A DNA stretch of 64,000 nucleotides from the IMG/VR virus record IMGVR_UViG_3300019776_000657, positions 1 to 64,000 of that record, one strand, 5' to 3'. This DNA is from a virus. Below, piece by piece: positions 37,669 through 47,518 of this stretch (its first letter is position 1; the number at the start of each line of letters is the position of its first letter). The position numbers and the translations under genes are program-made. The notes beneath the pieces are model-generated. The model did no database searches and was not told the origin of the DNA. It saw nothing but the letters and a program-made list of their open reading frames with translations.

Positions 37669-38055
37669 CTAATAATCTCCGGCATTCAAATACTGTGCCT
37701 GGAGGTTGACATTTGATACCCACTTACTAGACACTTGATCATAGATTAATAGTGAGCCGGTTGTTAGTGTAGAAACATCTACGTCTGAAGCAGTGCTAAT
37801 AGTAGCAACTGGACCTTGTGGTCCTTGAATACCTTGAGGACCCTGAGGTCCCTGAGGTCCTTGAATACCTTGTGGTCCAACTTCGCCTTGAGAACCTGCA
37901 GCCCCCTGCGCACCTTGAGGACCTACAGCTCCCTGTGGACCTTGAATACCTTGTGGACCTTGATATCCACTGCTTGTATAAACTAAACTTTCAGGTACTG
38001 TTACAATTACTGTTTGATTTTTTTCTACTTGTATAGCTACTAATGAATCACTCAT
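37669..38055 (-). CDS. collagen-like virion protein
   Basis: (GPQ/GIQ/GAQ)n triple-helix repeat. Confidence 0.8.
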   Translation of the reverse strand: MSDSLVAIQVEKNQTVIVTVPESLVYTSSGYQGPQGIQGPQGAVGPQGAQGAAGSQGEVGPQGIQGPQGPQGPQGIQGPQGPVATISTASDVDVSTLTTGSLLIYDQVSSKWVSNVNLQAQYLNAGDY

Positions 38056-38639
38056 CGTGTTACCTCCTTTACTAGAGATATATTACCAGTGATGAGTTGG
38101 GTGACATCATTTCCGCTACTAACTAATTCTAAGCTATACACACCACTCTGGAACGATAATACAGTAGTATCTGCTGCACTCATATACAATTCAATAGTTT
38201 TTGTACTATTGTTAATAATAACCCCACCATTGGAAGTAGTTAACTCTTTAATTATAGATGGATCATCTAACTTACTGCGTATTTGCATTCTGGCAGTATA
38301 ACCAGTTAAATTAACTGGTTGATTGTACTCCAATACCCCACCACCTGTATAGGCTGTATAGTTAAGGGCATTGACAGCATTAAACGTAACTGAGTTAGTA
38401 GTAACATCACTGGTAATTAAATAGTCAGTGGTATTAGCTTCTTTCATTCCTAAGGCACCACTAATTTTAGCTCTCCAACCCACTGGAATTCCGTGGGCCC
38501 CAGCAGTTACTACCATGGGAGCACTTTTTGAAATATTTGTAATGGGTGAGTATACTTTTAAGGCGCTTTCCCAACGTAGGGTTTCACGAAAGGTACTGCC
38601 CTGATAAACTTTTAGGTTCAATTTTGTTGGACTTGCCAT
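38052..38639 (-). CDS. BppU-like fibre attachment protein with an inserted beta domain
   Basis: YQGSTF...[12 protein letters not shown]...GVYSLEL...G.I....EVTR with an internal [14 protein letters not shown] module. Confidence 0.6.
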   Translation of the reverse strand: MASPTKLNLKVYQGSTFRETLRWESALKVYSPITNISKSAPMVVTAGAHGIPVGWRAKISGALGMKEANTTDYLITSDVTTNSVTFNAVNALNYTAYTGGGVLEYNQPVNLTGYTARMQIRSKLDDPSIIKELTTSNGGVIINNSTKTIELYMSAADTTVLSFQSGVYSLELVSSGNDVTQLITGNISLVKEVTR

Positions 38640-38697
38640 AGGGCGCTCCTTGGTTCAAGAAGACATAAAAAAGTTGGTCTTCCGGTATTTTGGTACT

Positions 38698-38726
38698 ATT
38701 ATAGCATATAAGGAAAAAGTGTTCAA
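38698..38726 (-). promoter_or_regulatory. late-arm sigma70-type promoter
   Basis: minus strand TTGAAC-17nt-TATAAT-AGTACCAAAATA. Confidence 0.7.
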
Positions 38727-38729
38727 GCG

Positions 38730-38765
38730 AAAAAATACCCAGCTGGTAGGCTGGGTATTTATTTT
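38730..38765 (-). terminator. intrinsic terminator
   Basis: AAATACCCAGC-TGGTAG-GCTGGGTATTT with A/T runs. Confidence 0.75.
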
Positions 38766-39117
38766 AACTTGGTTGAACTGGCCATTGAACCTGTGCAGGA
38801 AATTCCGATTGTTGGGTAATATCACGTAATGCTTGGCGATAATTTGCCCAAACAAGTTTGTCAACAGGTGCATCAACTATCTGTGTCCAATCCGATTCTT
38901 TCAATAATTCATTTCTACGTTGACGTATAAGTGATATCAAAATTTCTATATTATTATCTGGTGGCGCAGAAAAGGTTACACCATCAAATATCCAACCATT
39001 TGAACATTCGTCTGACACTTCAATAAATTGATTGGCATAACCCCAAGCAAATAGGAGCGAAGGATGTGTCATTACTACATCCTGCAATATTCCATTATTT
39101 ACAAATGCATATTTCAT
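38764..39117 (-). CDS. tail fibre assembly chaperone
   Basis: IR..RNELLKESDWTQ..D.P....WA.YRQALRDIT.Q..FP..V.WP.QP. Confidence 0.88.
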   Translation of the reverse strand: MKYAFVNNGILQDVVMTHPSLLFAWGYANQFIEVSDECSNGWIFDGVTFSAPPDNNIEILISLIRQRRNELLKESDWTQIVDAPVDKLVWANYRQALRDITQQSEFPAQVQWPVQPS

Positions 39118-39127
39118 GTATTGTACC

Positions 39128-40474
39128 TCAATAATAAATTACAACACAACCATCGCCACCAAGACCTTGTGTGGTAGTACCTCCAGAAGCTGCCGAGGCC
39201 AAGCAAGCACCGCCTCCACCACCACCAAATCCTCCACTGCCACCAACTGTTGTGCCAGCTGTCGTACTTCCATAACGATAAGCAGTGCCTCCACCACCCA
39301 GTATTCCACCATTCATACCACGAATAAGTGCATTTGTAACAGTTGTACTTGCTGCACCTCCACCACCAAAATCACCAGCATATGCTGGATTTGCTGCTTG
39401 ACCGGAATTTCCTCCAGTCATTGCCGCCCCTCCGCCACCAGGACCGGGTGATATATATGTTTGTGATCCAATATTATATCCGCCAGTTCCATCTACATGG
39501 CTGAGCAAAGGATCTGTAAATCTTTGATCAAATTGTCTAGACGCTCCATTTGATGATAGATTTCCACTATTACCTTGTTGTGGGCCTGAACTTCCACCAT
39601 TACTCAAACCGCTGCCGCCCTGACCTCCAGGAATACTTCCAGCACCTCCCCCACCGCCTGCCGCGCTGCCAGCACCGCCAATTCCAGCACCGCCTGGACC
39701 GATGGAGTATGAAGTAGTACTAGAGCCGCTTGTACCATTTACACCAGCACCAAGAGGTGATCCAGCACTAGCACCAGAACCACATTCATAATTATTAGCT
39801 GTTGCACCGCCAGTTCCACCGCTAAATGCACCACCACTAGTCACACTTGCATCTTTTGATGCAGTTCCGCCAGCACCTCCAGTTGTTGCTGCAGTAGGTG
39901 CTGATCCGGCATTAGCAGTTAAATAAGTTGTTGCTCCAATAGCTACAGTAGTAGACGAAGCACCAATAGTGACTGAAACAGTGGCTCCAGGAGTTACCGC
40001 AATATTACCAAAGGCAAAACCGCCTCCGCCCCCACCAGGTGCACGTTCTGTTGCAAATGTTGCAGCATTGCCACCTTTACCAACAGCATATACACGAATA
40101 GTTGTAACATTTGCAGGAACAGTAAAAGTAGCTGTGGTATTTGTAAAATATCGATTAGTATAATAGTTTACATATCCTCCGGTAGAAGGAGAAGAAACCC
40201 AAGTCGTACCATTAGAAGTAAGTACATTACCAGATGTGCTGGGAGCAACCACCTGCACTGCCGAAGTACCGTTACCAAGTAACACATTATTAGCAGTGAG
40301 AGTAGCTGTACCCGTACCACCATTTGCTACAGGTAATGTACCAGTTACCCCTGCAGTAAGTGACACATTTGTAATAGTATTGGTACTACCACTAATGGCT
40401 TTATTACTAAGTGTATTTGTACTGCTGGCTGTGAGTACATTGGTGGGTGTGATGATGTTTGATAAATTAGCCAT
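39128..40474 (-). CDS. Gly-rich fibre/adhesin protein
   Basis: GTLPVANGGTG; FTVP..VT.I.V.AVG.GG; polyglycine-rich C-terminus. Confidence 0.8.
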   Translation of the reverse strand: MANLSNIITPTNVLTASSTNTLSNKAISGSTNTITNVSLTAGVTGTLPVANGGTGTATLTANNVLLGNGTSAVQVVAPSTSGNVLTSNGTTWVSSPSTGGYVNYYTNRYFTNTTATFTVPANVTTIRVYAVGKGGNAATFATERAPGGGGGGFAFGNIAVTPGATVSVTIGASSTTVAIGATTYLTANAGSAPTAATTGGAGGTASKDASVTSGGAFSGGTGGATANNYECGSGASAGSPLGAGVNGTSGSSTTSYSIGPGGAGIGGAGSAAGGGGGAGSIPGGQGGSGLSNGGSSGPQQGNSGNLSSNGASRQFDQRFTDPLLSHVDGTGGYNIGSQTYISPGPGGGGAAMTGGNSGQAANPAYAGDFGGGGAASTTVTNALIRGMNGGILGGGGTAYRYGSTTAGTTVGGSGGFGGGGGGACLASAASGGTTTQGLGGDGCVVIYY

Positions 40475-40533
40475 GGTTTACTCCAGTATACAAAGCTGGA
40501 AGCTTTTAATTATTTTTAACACTATAACTTCCT

Positions 40534-41130
40534 TTACACTAGAGGCCACTCTAATGGTGGCAATAATGGTTCTATGTCTGAAAAGTTGTTGGGCTTGGGT
40601 ATTGTGCCAGTTTTTACTTGGTCCAATATGTCGTATAATACACTCCAAGTTTGAGCTCTTATGTCTCGACAATAGGTACCCTCTATATCAAAATTTAACA
40701 CAGAACAACCTGCATAAGTAGATGCACTTTTGACATCATCGTATCCACGAGTTTGTGCAAAAACATCCAGGCGCTCTTGGGTTTTACGTTCTATATCTTT
40801 TTGTAGTAACAGATCTTTTTGGATTTGATCTGCCGCAAGGGCGGCAAGTTGTTGAGCTTCAATTGTGTGTGTTGTTCCGGTTTCATCTGTGTATTCCACA
40901 AACTTAGACACTATATTCCAACGTTGTTCCCAGTGACCTTTGACAGTCAATTCTGGTTGAGTTTCTATAGCCTGTTCAATTATAGGATTAAAAGTAGGTT
41001 GTGGGGTTGGAAATACCCAACTATATCCATCTGGTGGTTCGAAAGGTTGGGGAAAACTGGTATTGGGGTGCTGAGCCCTGATCTCGCTCTCGCTGACCGA
41101 ATACTGATTTGTAATAATATTGATGTACAT
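40534..41130 (-). CDS. fibre-associated hypothetical protein
   Basis: HPNTSFP...; RLD.FA.TRGYD...SA.TYA; LP.L.WP. Confidence 0.7.
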   Translation of the reverse strand: MYINIITNQYSVSESEIRAQHPNTSFPQPFEPPDGYSWVFPTPQPTFNPIIEQAIETQPELTVKGHWEQRWNIVSKFVEYTDETGTTHTIEAQQLAALAADQIQKDLLLQKDIERKTQERLDVFAQTRGYDDVKSASTYAGCSVLNFDIEGTYCRDIRAQTWSVLYDILDQVKTGTIPKPNNFSDIEPLLPPLEWPLV

Positions 41131-41138
41131 GATATTCC

Positions 41139-43616
41139 TCAAGCGATGGCGAGGTAGATGTAGATGGCGCTAGTCACGTTGATGTTTGTCGCAGCAACCT
41201 GGTTGACAATGAAGCCGGTGTTGTCGGGGTCGATGCTGTCATCGGTGGTGACTTCGGCGGCCGCAAAGTTGAAACTTGAGTGTGGATCATTGGCGGAGAT
41301 GATGCCGCGTGCGGTGTCCCAGACGTACCAGTCGCCGACGTTGTCGATGCGCTTGACAAGGACAAACCTGGTGCCCGTGGTAAATCCGCAGTTAATTGTC
41401 TGGGTACCTCCATTGCCAGTGTAGCTACCGACTTTGCTGATGCCTGGGAGGGAAGCAAAAAGGTAGGCGACATGAGTGGCGGAAGTGAGCAAACTGCCAT
41501 CGCCGAAGTGAAATACCGAATTCTTTATTGAGTCTTGAATGTAAATCCAAGCGGTACTCGTAAACGCAGAAGTTAAGTTAAGTTGACCCAATCCGTAAGT
41601 CCCAGGGAACCAATAACCCCCGGACAGAGAGGCCTGACTTGTGGCGTACACATACCAATTCTTAATTGAGCTTCTTGGCTTAGAAATTATCAGCTCCGGC
41701 ATCACTCCCAGAGTGTGCGGCACATCAAGATCGTTACCTGTATAGCAAACCACATCAAAAAAGCCGGGGGCACGAGCAAGTGCATAACTTATATGATTAT
41801 TAATTCCAGAACTTGATGCCCACCAAGCATCAAATCCTGAAGAAGCGAACATAGTACGCTGATCTTTTCTAGACCAGTAAGTTGGATAGCCGGCTTCGGA
41901 AGTAGTTGAAACCGTCTGTAAAACTTTTCCATCTATGCCACGCAGCGAATCAACTATCAAAAATCCAGGACCCGCCACATCTCGATTAGCATTTATTTCT
42001 ACATCAAATGTAACATCGTGAGTAACACTGGCACTACTTGTAGTGGCACTATATGTCTTAACACTAAATACACTAGTTCCCGCTGTAGGCGGCTTGTTGG
42101 GCCGGCGGATGGCGATATAATTGTAATTATAGGTAACCGCAGGCACATTAACTACTGTAGTAGTGGTTCCGGTTCCGCCTATTATCATAGCATCACTACC
42201 ATTATTCCTAATACGAACATTATTAAAATGCCATTCGTAACCAGAAGAATTCTGCCTTGTTGCGGAATTTTGATATATTCTCCAATATCTAGCACTTATT
42301 GTACTAAATGAAATTGTTTGAACGCTAGTTGATGCATTATCTGAATACGTGGTTGCATCGATCCAATTTGTATTATCGGAGCTATATTGAATTTTTATAG
42401 AAGTGGGGGCCCAGTTTGATCCAGCTGTATTTCTATATAAAATCTGATTAATAGCAGTAGATCCGCCTAAATCAAAAGAGATCCATTCTCCTGCTGTAAC
42501 ATTAGCAAATATATAACAAGGACTGACATTTGGAGCAGCCGTAGTATCTGCAACACAATCCTGCACGGAGGGACCACGAGTTGAACTTGCAGAAATTGTA
42601 GTAGATGTTGAATAATTATATGAATATGTGTTATAACTATACCCAGCCGTATAATTATTCACATCAGTACTACTATTAGTAATTTTGAATCCTATTGGAG
42701 TCAATTCAACAAGATTTTGAGAATATTCTGCACTATTGACATTAGATGACAATATTGAGTCATTTCCATCAGTGACTATACCCCTCATATTGTCTGCTAA
42801 TATCCATCCTCCAGTTCCACTAGCATTTTTAATTAAAAGCCATTGTGGTTCCCATCCCAAATTAACTGTAGGTCCAGTTGAACTACCATTACCTATGTAT
42901 GATCCGCACTGAATAAGACCATCAGTTGCTGCATTATGAGCAAATAAATAGGCAACACCTTGGGCATTTGCATTCATCTGTCCAATACCTACAGAAGTTG
43001 CACTAATCGAAGTAACATAGCTTCCAGTAAATTCAGACCCTGTTCCATTGAGAATTAAGTACTTACCGGATGTTCCACTACGATGATATACATACCAGTT
43101 ATCTACAGTACTTGTTTGTTTAATTATAATGGCACCAGGTACTATACCAAGTGAATGTGAGATAGTGGCTACACCACTAGCATTCGCTGTAAAAGTTACA
43201 ACATCAAAAAATTTAGGAGCTCGCTTAAATGACCAAGAGACATAATTGACATTTACTTCACTAAATCCATAAGCCGCTGATGCAATAGAATATCCATTAT
43301 TATTAAATGATCCGATTGCTGAACCAGTAACAAAGTTTGCATCAGTAGTATTACTTTTTAAATGATAAAGATACGACCATGAAGAGGCAGGTGTTTCTGA
43401 ATTATTGCTAACTAACCAATGATCTTGCCCACTTCCAGTTGTAGCAGTTCTATTTTTAGTCCAGACTAATCCACCTTTATTTAATAAATCAAGTCCATTA
43501 GTAATAGTCTGAGCAGCCCCAGTACCTGTATAGAGGTACGTAGAAAACACATCATCAACATAGGTAGTAGTAGTACTACTACCTACAGTTAAAAGAGCTC
43601 TGCTAATTTGATCCAT
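41139..43616 (-). CDS. beta-rich virion protein with repeated FFDVV/G..P..II.K units and an inserted discoidin (F5/8C)-like domain
   Basis: YLYTG.G, GGLVW.K.R, APKFFDVV; insert WISFDLG...IQYSSDN.NW...ARYWRI. Confidence 0.75.
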   Translation of the reverse strand: MDQISRALLTVGSSTTTTYVDDVFSTYLYTGTGAAQTITNGLDLLNKGGLVWTKNRTATTGSGQDHWLVSNNSETPASSWSYLYHLKSNTTDANFVTGSAIGSFNNNGYSIASAAYGFSEVNVNYVSWSFKRAPKFFDVVTFTANASGVATISHSLGIVPGAIIIKQTSTVDNWYVYHRSGTSGKYLILNGTGSEFTGSYVTSISATSVGIGQMNANAQGVAYLFAHNAATDGLIQCGSYIGNGSSTGPTVNLGWEPQWLLIKNASGTGGWILADNMRGIVTDGNDSILSSNVNSAEYSQNLVELTPIGFKITNSSTDVNNYTAGYSYNTYSYNYSTSTTISASSTRGPSVQDCVADTTAAPNVSPCYIFANVTAGEWISFDLGGSTAINQILYRNTAGSNWAPTSIKIQYSSDNTNWIDATTYSDNASTSVQTISFSTISARYWRIYQNSATRQNSSGYEWHFNNVRIRNNGSDAMIIGGTGTTTTVVNVPAVTYNYNYIAIRRPNKPPTAGTSVFSVKTYSATTSSASVTHDVTFDVEINANRDVAGPGFLIVDSLRGIDGKVLQTVSTTSEAGYPTYWSRKDQRTMFASSGFDAWWASSSGINNHISYALARAPGFFDVVCYTGNDLDVPHTLGVMPELIISKPRSSIKNWYVYATSQASLSGGYWFPGTYGLGQLNLTSAFTSTAWIYIQDSIKNSVFHFGDGSLLTSATHVAYLFASLPGISKVGSYTGNGGTQTINCGFTTGTRFVLVKRIDNVGDWYVWDTARGIISANDPHSSFNFAAAEVTTDDSIDPDNTGFIVNQVAATNINVTSAIYIYLAIA

Positions 43617-43622
43617 GTTACC

Positions 43623-44690
43623 TCAACTATTGTAATTCACTTGTGATGCACCCCGCCAAGTGGTACCGCTGTCATCTGTGACAAAGGTGAACAGATGGAC
43701 CTTGCCAGTGGTAAGAGTGGGTGCTGTACCACTTGGCCACTGCACTCCACTAAACCATGTGACAGTTCCACTGGTATGCGTTAATTCTAGGGTGAAAGCA
43801 TATGCTCGCGAAGTGGGTACATTGCTTACAGTAAAAGTGCTATTGGCAGCAATAATTTTGGTAAAATAGTTACCTACCGAACAATCTATGTCTAAGGCAG
43901 CAACTGCTGTGATACCTCCTCTAACAGAGCCTGTTTGATCCACTGTAGAAGTATAGATGCCACCCTGCACTGTCTTGTTTGTAAGTGTATCAGTAGTTGT
44001 ACGACCTACCAATGTATCTGTAGTAGTTGGTAGTGTTAATGTACCAGTATTACTTATTGAGCTTATTACAGGACTTGTTAAGGTCTTGTTTGTAAGTGTT
44101 TGAGCACCTGTTAAAGTTACAGCAGTCCCGCCTTGCCCGCCCACCTGTGAATATACGTTCCAAGTGGTGCCGTCATAAACTAGGTGAACACTTACCCCAC
44201 CTATGTCCAATGTTAAATCTTCGGCTAAACCTTCAATAGTACTACCATTACGTGCAACTGTTAGATTTGTAGTACTCCAGTTGGCTCCGTCAACTACAGA
44301 AACTTGTGTTCCTGTAGCCGGTGTAGCCGGTAGGGTAACAGTAAATATGCCACCTGTAGTATCTGCAATAACGCCCTGTTTATCTACTAATGTAGTGGCA
44401 CTAGTAACTCTGGTATAATTTATACCGCCACTAACGGTACTCCAGCTTGTGAGAGTACCATTAGTGGTTAAGTACTTTCCACTATTACCAGTTTGAGCTG
44501 GTAATACTTTTGTTTCACTTAGTGCAGTTATCCAACTGGGATTGCTGTAACTGCCAGTAGTATAGGCAGCATTATTAAGATCAGTATTAATATTAATAAA
44601 ATTGGTGTCTAACTGAGTGTTACTAAGAGGGCCATTATTGTTAGTAATCCCTGCACCACCTGCTGTTTGTCTTGTGGTAATTGCTGCCAT
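43623..44690 (-). CDS. tail fibre-like protein
   Basis: PLSNTQLDTNF N-terminus; gp34-like module; WP.GTAPTLT C-terminus. Confidence 0.78.
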   Translation of the reverse strand: MAAITTRQTAGGAGITNNNGPLSNTQLDTNFININTDLNNAAYTTGSYSNPSWITALSETKVLPAQTGNSGKYLTTNGTLTSWSTVSGGINYTRVTSATTLVDKQGVIADTTGGIFTVTLPATPATGTQVSVVDGANWSTTNLTVARNGSTIEGLAEDLTLDIGGVSVHLVYDGTTWNVYSQVGGQGGTAVTLTGAQTLTNKTLTSPVISSISNTGTLTLPTTTDTLVGRTTTDTLTNKTVQGGIYTSTVDQTGSVRGGITAVAALDIDCSVGNYFTKIIAANSTFTVSNVPTSRAYAFTLELTHTSGTVTWFSGVQWPSGTAPTLTTGKVHLFTFVTDDSGTTWRGASQVNYNS

Positions 44691-44739
44691 CTTTGTTCCT
44701 CTAATTGATCATTATTTTTATGGAGTGACACACCCCATA

Positions 44740-44770
44740 AAAATAATGGCGAGAGTTCCCGCCATTATTA
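44740..44770 (-). terminator. intrinsic terminator
   Basis: AATAATGGCG...CGCCATTATT with a T run on the minus strand. Confidence 0.6.
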
Positions 44771-44773
44771 CTA

Positions 44774-45223
44774 TTAAACTGCTGCTAGAGTAATTGTCCA
44801 GGTAACAGTCATGGTGTCGTTAGCACCCTTGTTGATAACTGAGAATACAGTACGGCAAAGCATTGTGCCAGCAGAGGCAGCATTGAAAATGCCGGCTTCT
44901 GTAAGAGCAGCAGTGCCTGTACCTGCAGGAAATGATGCTACATAAGCAATAGTTGTGGTGCTTGGAGTAGTACTGGTTAGAGTAACTCTGGCACTTTCAG
45001 TACCCAATGTAGTATTACCAGCAGCTGCAGCTACAGCACCCGTACCAACAGCCATGTGAGTCATTGCTGTTGCTGTGGCATCTTTCATGCGACTAGCAAT
45101 ATAGGTGAGACCGGCTGTAACTACTAAGTTATCTACTTCTCGTTGATCCTTAATGGTGCCGTCTTCCCCGGTAAGTACAATATTTAACTTACCTTTTAAT
45201 TTCAAATTTTCTTGGGAAATCAT
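44774..45223 (-). CDS. putative structural protein (fibre/baseplate associated)
   Basis: NLVVTAG, MAVGTG, LTEAGIFNA...GTMLCRTVF..INK. Confidence 0.7.
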   Translation of the reverse strand: MISQENLKLKGKLNIVLTGEDGTIKDQREVDNLVVTAGLTYIASRMKDATATAMTHMAVGTGAVAAAAGNTTLGTESARVTLTSTTPSTTTIAYVASFPAGTGTAALTEAGIFNAASAGTMLCRTVFSVINKGANDTMTVTWTITLAAV

Positions 45224-45238
45224 AGAAAACCTTTCTGG

Positions 45239-46645
45239 TTATGTAATTGTCCTGGAAACCCCTACATAATCACTTGAGAAGTAGTCGGGCCCATTTATAT
45301 AGTCCTGATTGAGAATGGTGCCACTGTTAGATACATTTGTACTGTCAGAAGGCTGCTTATTTATTAAACTCTGTAATAACTCATTAACATTGAACTGATC
45401 ACTTGTATTTTTAAAGAATGTGACATTTTGATCATCATCTACAGCCGCTCCATTTACGTCATCTGTAAAATTGACCTGATCTGTAAAATCACGAATAAAA
45501 GATAACTGAGCTGTTAACAATTCACTAATATTGAATTGGTCACCTGGAGCTTTGTCAAATGTTACTATACTTTGTTCGCTAACATTGAATTGATCACTAG
45601 ACCCCTTGCCAAAGTCTATAACATCTTGTTCACTGATATTGAATTGATCACTAGATACCTTACCAAAGTCTACAACATCTTGTTCACTGATATTGAACTG
45701 GTCGCTCAGAGCTTTTTCGAACAGTGCTAAAAATTGTTCTGATACGTTGTATTGATCTTGTAGAGTTAATGATATTACTATTAGTATTGTTAATATTTCA
45801 GATATTTGAAACTGGTCGATTAGAGATTTATCAAATCCTGCCTGGTACTGCTCACTGATATTAGTAGTATCAGCTAATTCCGGATTAAAGTCAACATTAC
45901 TGGAAAATGTATCACTCAAACTCAAGCCATCGTCTTTTGAACTATTAAACTCTACAATTGTTTGTTCTGTAAAACTGAACTGATCTAGTAATGCTTTAGA
46001 TAGATCTGAATATATTAAGTCAGTTAAATTATAACTATCATTAAAATTTCTATCAAAAACATTAGTAAAATCTACAGTTTCTGATATATTGGCTACATCT
46101 GATAATGTTTTAAAGAATGCAACATTTTGATCATCATCTACGGCTGCTCCGTTTACGTCATCAGTTACATTTATTATATCTTGTAGACTTCTAACATAAT
46201 CAACTTGTCTATTTAATGAATCACTAATATTAAAACTATCTGTTGTACCTTTATTAAATATCACAGTATTCTGTTCTGTGATATTGAATTGATCAAAGTA
46301 AGATCGATTAAAACCTACCTGTTTATCAAAAGTTTCTTGTATAGTCAGACTATCTGTGGTATTTTTACCAACTTCAGAAGACTGACTGTCTTGTACTGCT
46401 GATTCGTCTACAACACCTTTTCCCACCTGTGATGACAGAGAATCTGTGATCTGGGCGTTATCATAAAATAACCTATCTAACAGTGTAAAAAATATTCCAG
46501 TTGTGTAGGCTGCAACAGTTCTGCCTACTTGTAGTATGTCAGATAATTTTGCTCTTGTATTTTCAACTACCAGTGCCGTAGTTTTTGATACAGTCTCTAT
46601 ACCGGCTTTAGCTTTAGAGACTGCTTCAGCTAAAAAGGTGGTCAT
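45239..46645 (-). CDS. acidic repetitive structural protein
   Basis: about 19-aa repeats DQFNISEQ...FxK; duplicated TDDVNGAAVDDDQNV.FFK. Confidence 0.75.
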   Translation of the reverse strand: MTTFLAEAVSKAKAGIETVSKTTALVVENTRAKLSDILQVGRTVAAYTTGIFFTLLDRLFYDNAQITDSLSSQVGKGVVDESAVQDSQSSEVGKNTTDSLTIQETFDKQVGFNRSYFDQFNITEQNTVIFNKGTTDSFNISDSLNRQVDYVRSLQDIINVTDDVNGAAVDDDQNVAFFKTLSDVANISETVDFTNVFDRNFNDSYNLTDLIYSDLSKALLDQFSFTEQTIVEFNSSKDDGLSLSDTFSSNVDFNPELADTTNISEQYQAGFDKSLIDQFQISEILTILIVISLTLQDQYNVSEQFLALFEKALSDQFNISEQDVVDFGKVSSDQFNISEQDVIDFGKGSSDQFNVSEQSIVTFDKAPGDQFNISELLTAQLSFIRDFTDQVNFTDDVNGAAVDDDQNVTFFKNTSDQFNVNELLQSLINKQPSDSTNVSNSGTILNQDYINGPDYFSSDYVGVSRTIT

Positions 46646-47049
46646 GTTGGATCAGGAGCACTAGGACTAGGTGTAGTAGGTGCAGGTGCAGGTAGTGGTG
46701 TAATATCTGCAATATCTTCACGTATTACCAGTTTGATAAGATCATAAACAGTTTCACGACTGCTGGTGGCTGTATCATAGATCTCTATTTCAGCATTGTA
46801 GTCGCCCGCAGGACGGTTGAGGTCACCATCTACCCATTGAATATAGCAGATTCCTGCAGTTCTGTCAGCATTTCCATTAGGAAAAATTGCTTGTCTACTA
46901 AAACGTACACCAGTACCTGTAGCAGGTTTAGCGTGTAGGCTAACAGTTTTGTTTGTTAAATCTTTGGCTACACCAGTGTCTTCGTTTGTAAGAGTTAATT
47001 TAATCTGTGGTAAAGTATCTGATTGTACAAAATAAAGTGTTGTGGCCAT
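46642..47049 (-). CDS. BppU-like baseplate upper protein
   Basis: VQSDTLP.I.LTL...DLT...GDL...G.Y.AEIEI. Confidence 0.7.
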   Translation of the reverse strand: MATTLYFVQSDTLPQIKLTLTNEDTGVAKDLTNKTVSLHAKPATGTGVRFSRQAIFPNGNADRTAGICYIQWVDGDLNRPAGDYNAEIEIYDTATSSRETVYDLIKLVIREDIADITPLPAPAPTTPSPSAPDPT

Positions 47050-47107
47050 AGTGACTCCTTGTGTATACACACCAACATTTTATTTTGGTGCTTTCTATTT
47101 TGGTACT

Positions 47108-47136
47108 ATTATAACATATAGGCACAGTTAGATCAA
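47108..47136 (-). promoter_or_regulatory. late-arm sigma70-type promoter
   Basis: minus strand TTGATC-17nt-TATAAT-AGTACCAAAATA. Confidence 0.7.
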
Positions 47137-47139
47137 GTG

Positions 47140-47172
47140 AAAAAATACCCCACCTTGTGGGTGGGGTATTTA
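47140..47172 (-). terminator. intrinsic terminator
   Basis: AAAATACCCCACC-TTGTG-GGTGGGGTATTTT. Confidence 0.8.
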
Positions 47173-47175
47173 TAA

Positions 47176-47508
47176 TCAAGTTCTTGAACGTATCAAATCA
47201 ACAAAGTGCCACAGGTCTTCTTTGCGGAAAACTCCAGCTGGTTTTTGAGGAGACCAGACTGGGTATGCACTCAGTAACTCTTGATAGTCTAATTGAGCTT
47301 CTTTTGTGACTTCGTTTGTCATGGAGTTAATTTGTGCAGGACTATCGGAAATTGTAAAAGATTCGTAGGTTTGTGATGGAAATGGTTGAAACTTGTTATC
47401 AACCACTGTTCCCTTACCAACTAAAACTCTTACAAAACGATCCACTTGGTGTTCAAAAGAAATTATATCTTCTGTGACCGTTTGTTGTGGTACTATAACT
47501 TGTCTCAT
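47176..47508 (-). CDS. hypothetical protein behind the central tail protein
   Basis: AAGGA RBS; 110-aa ORF. Confidence 0.7.
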   Translation of the reverse strand: MRQVIVPQQTVTEDIISFEHQVDRFVRVLVGKGTVVDNKFQPFPSQTYESFTISDSPAQINSMTNEVTKEAQLDYQELLSAYPVWSPQKPAGVFRKEDLWHFVDLIRSRT

Positions 47509-47518
47509 TTATATTCCT

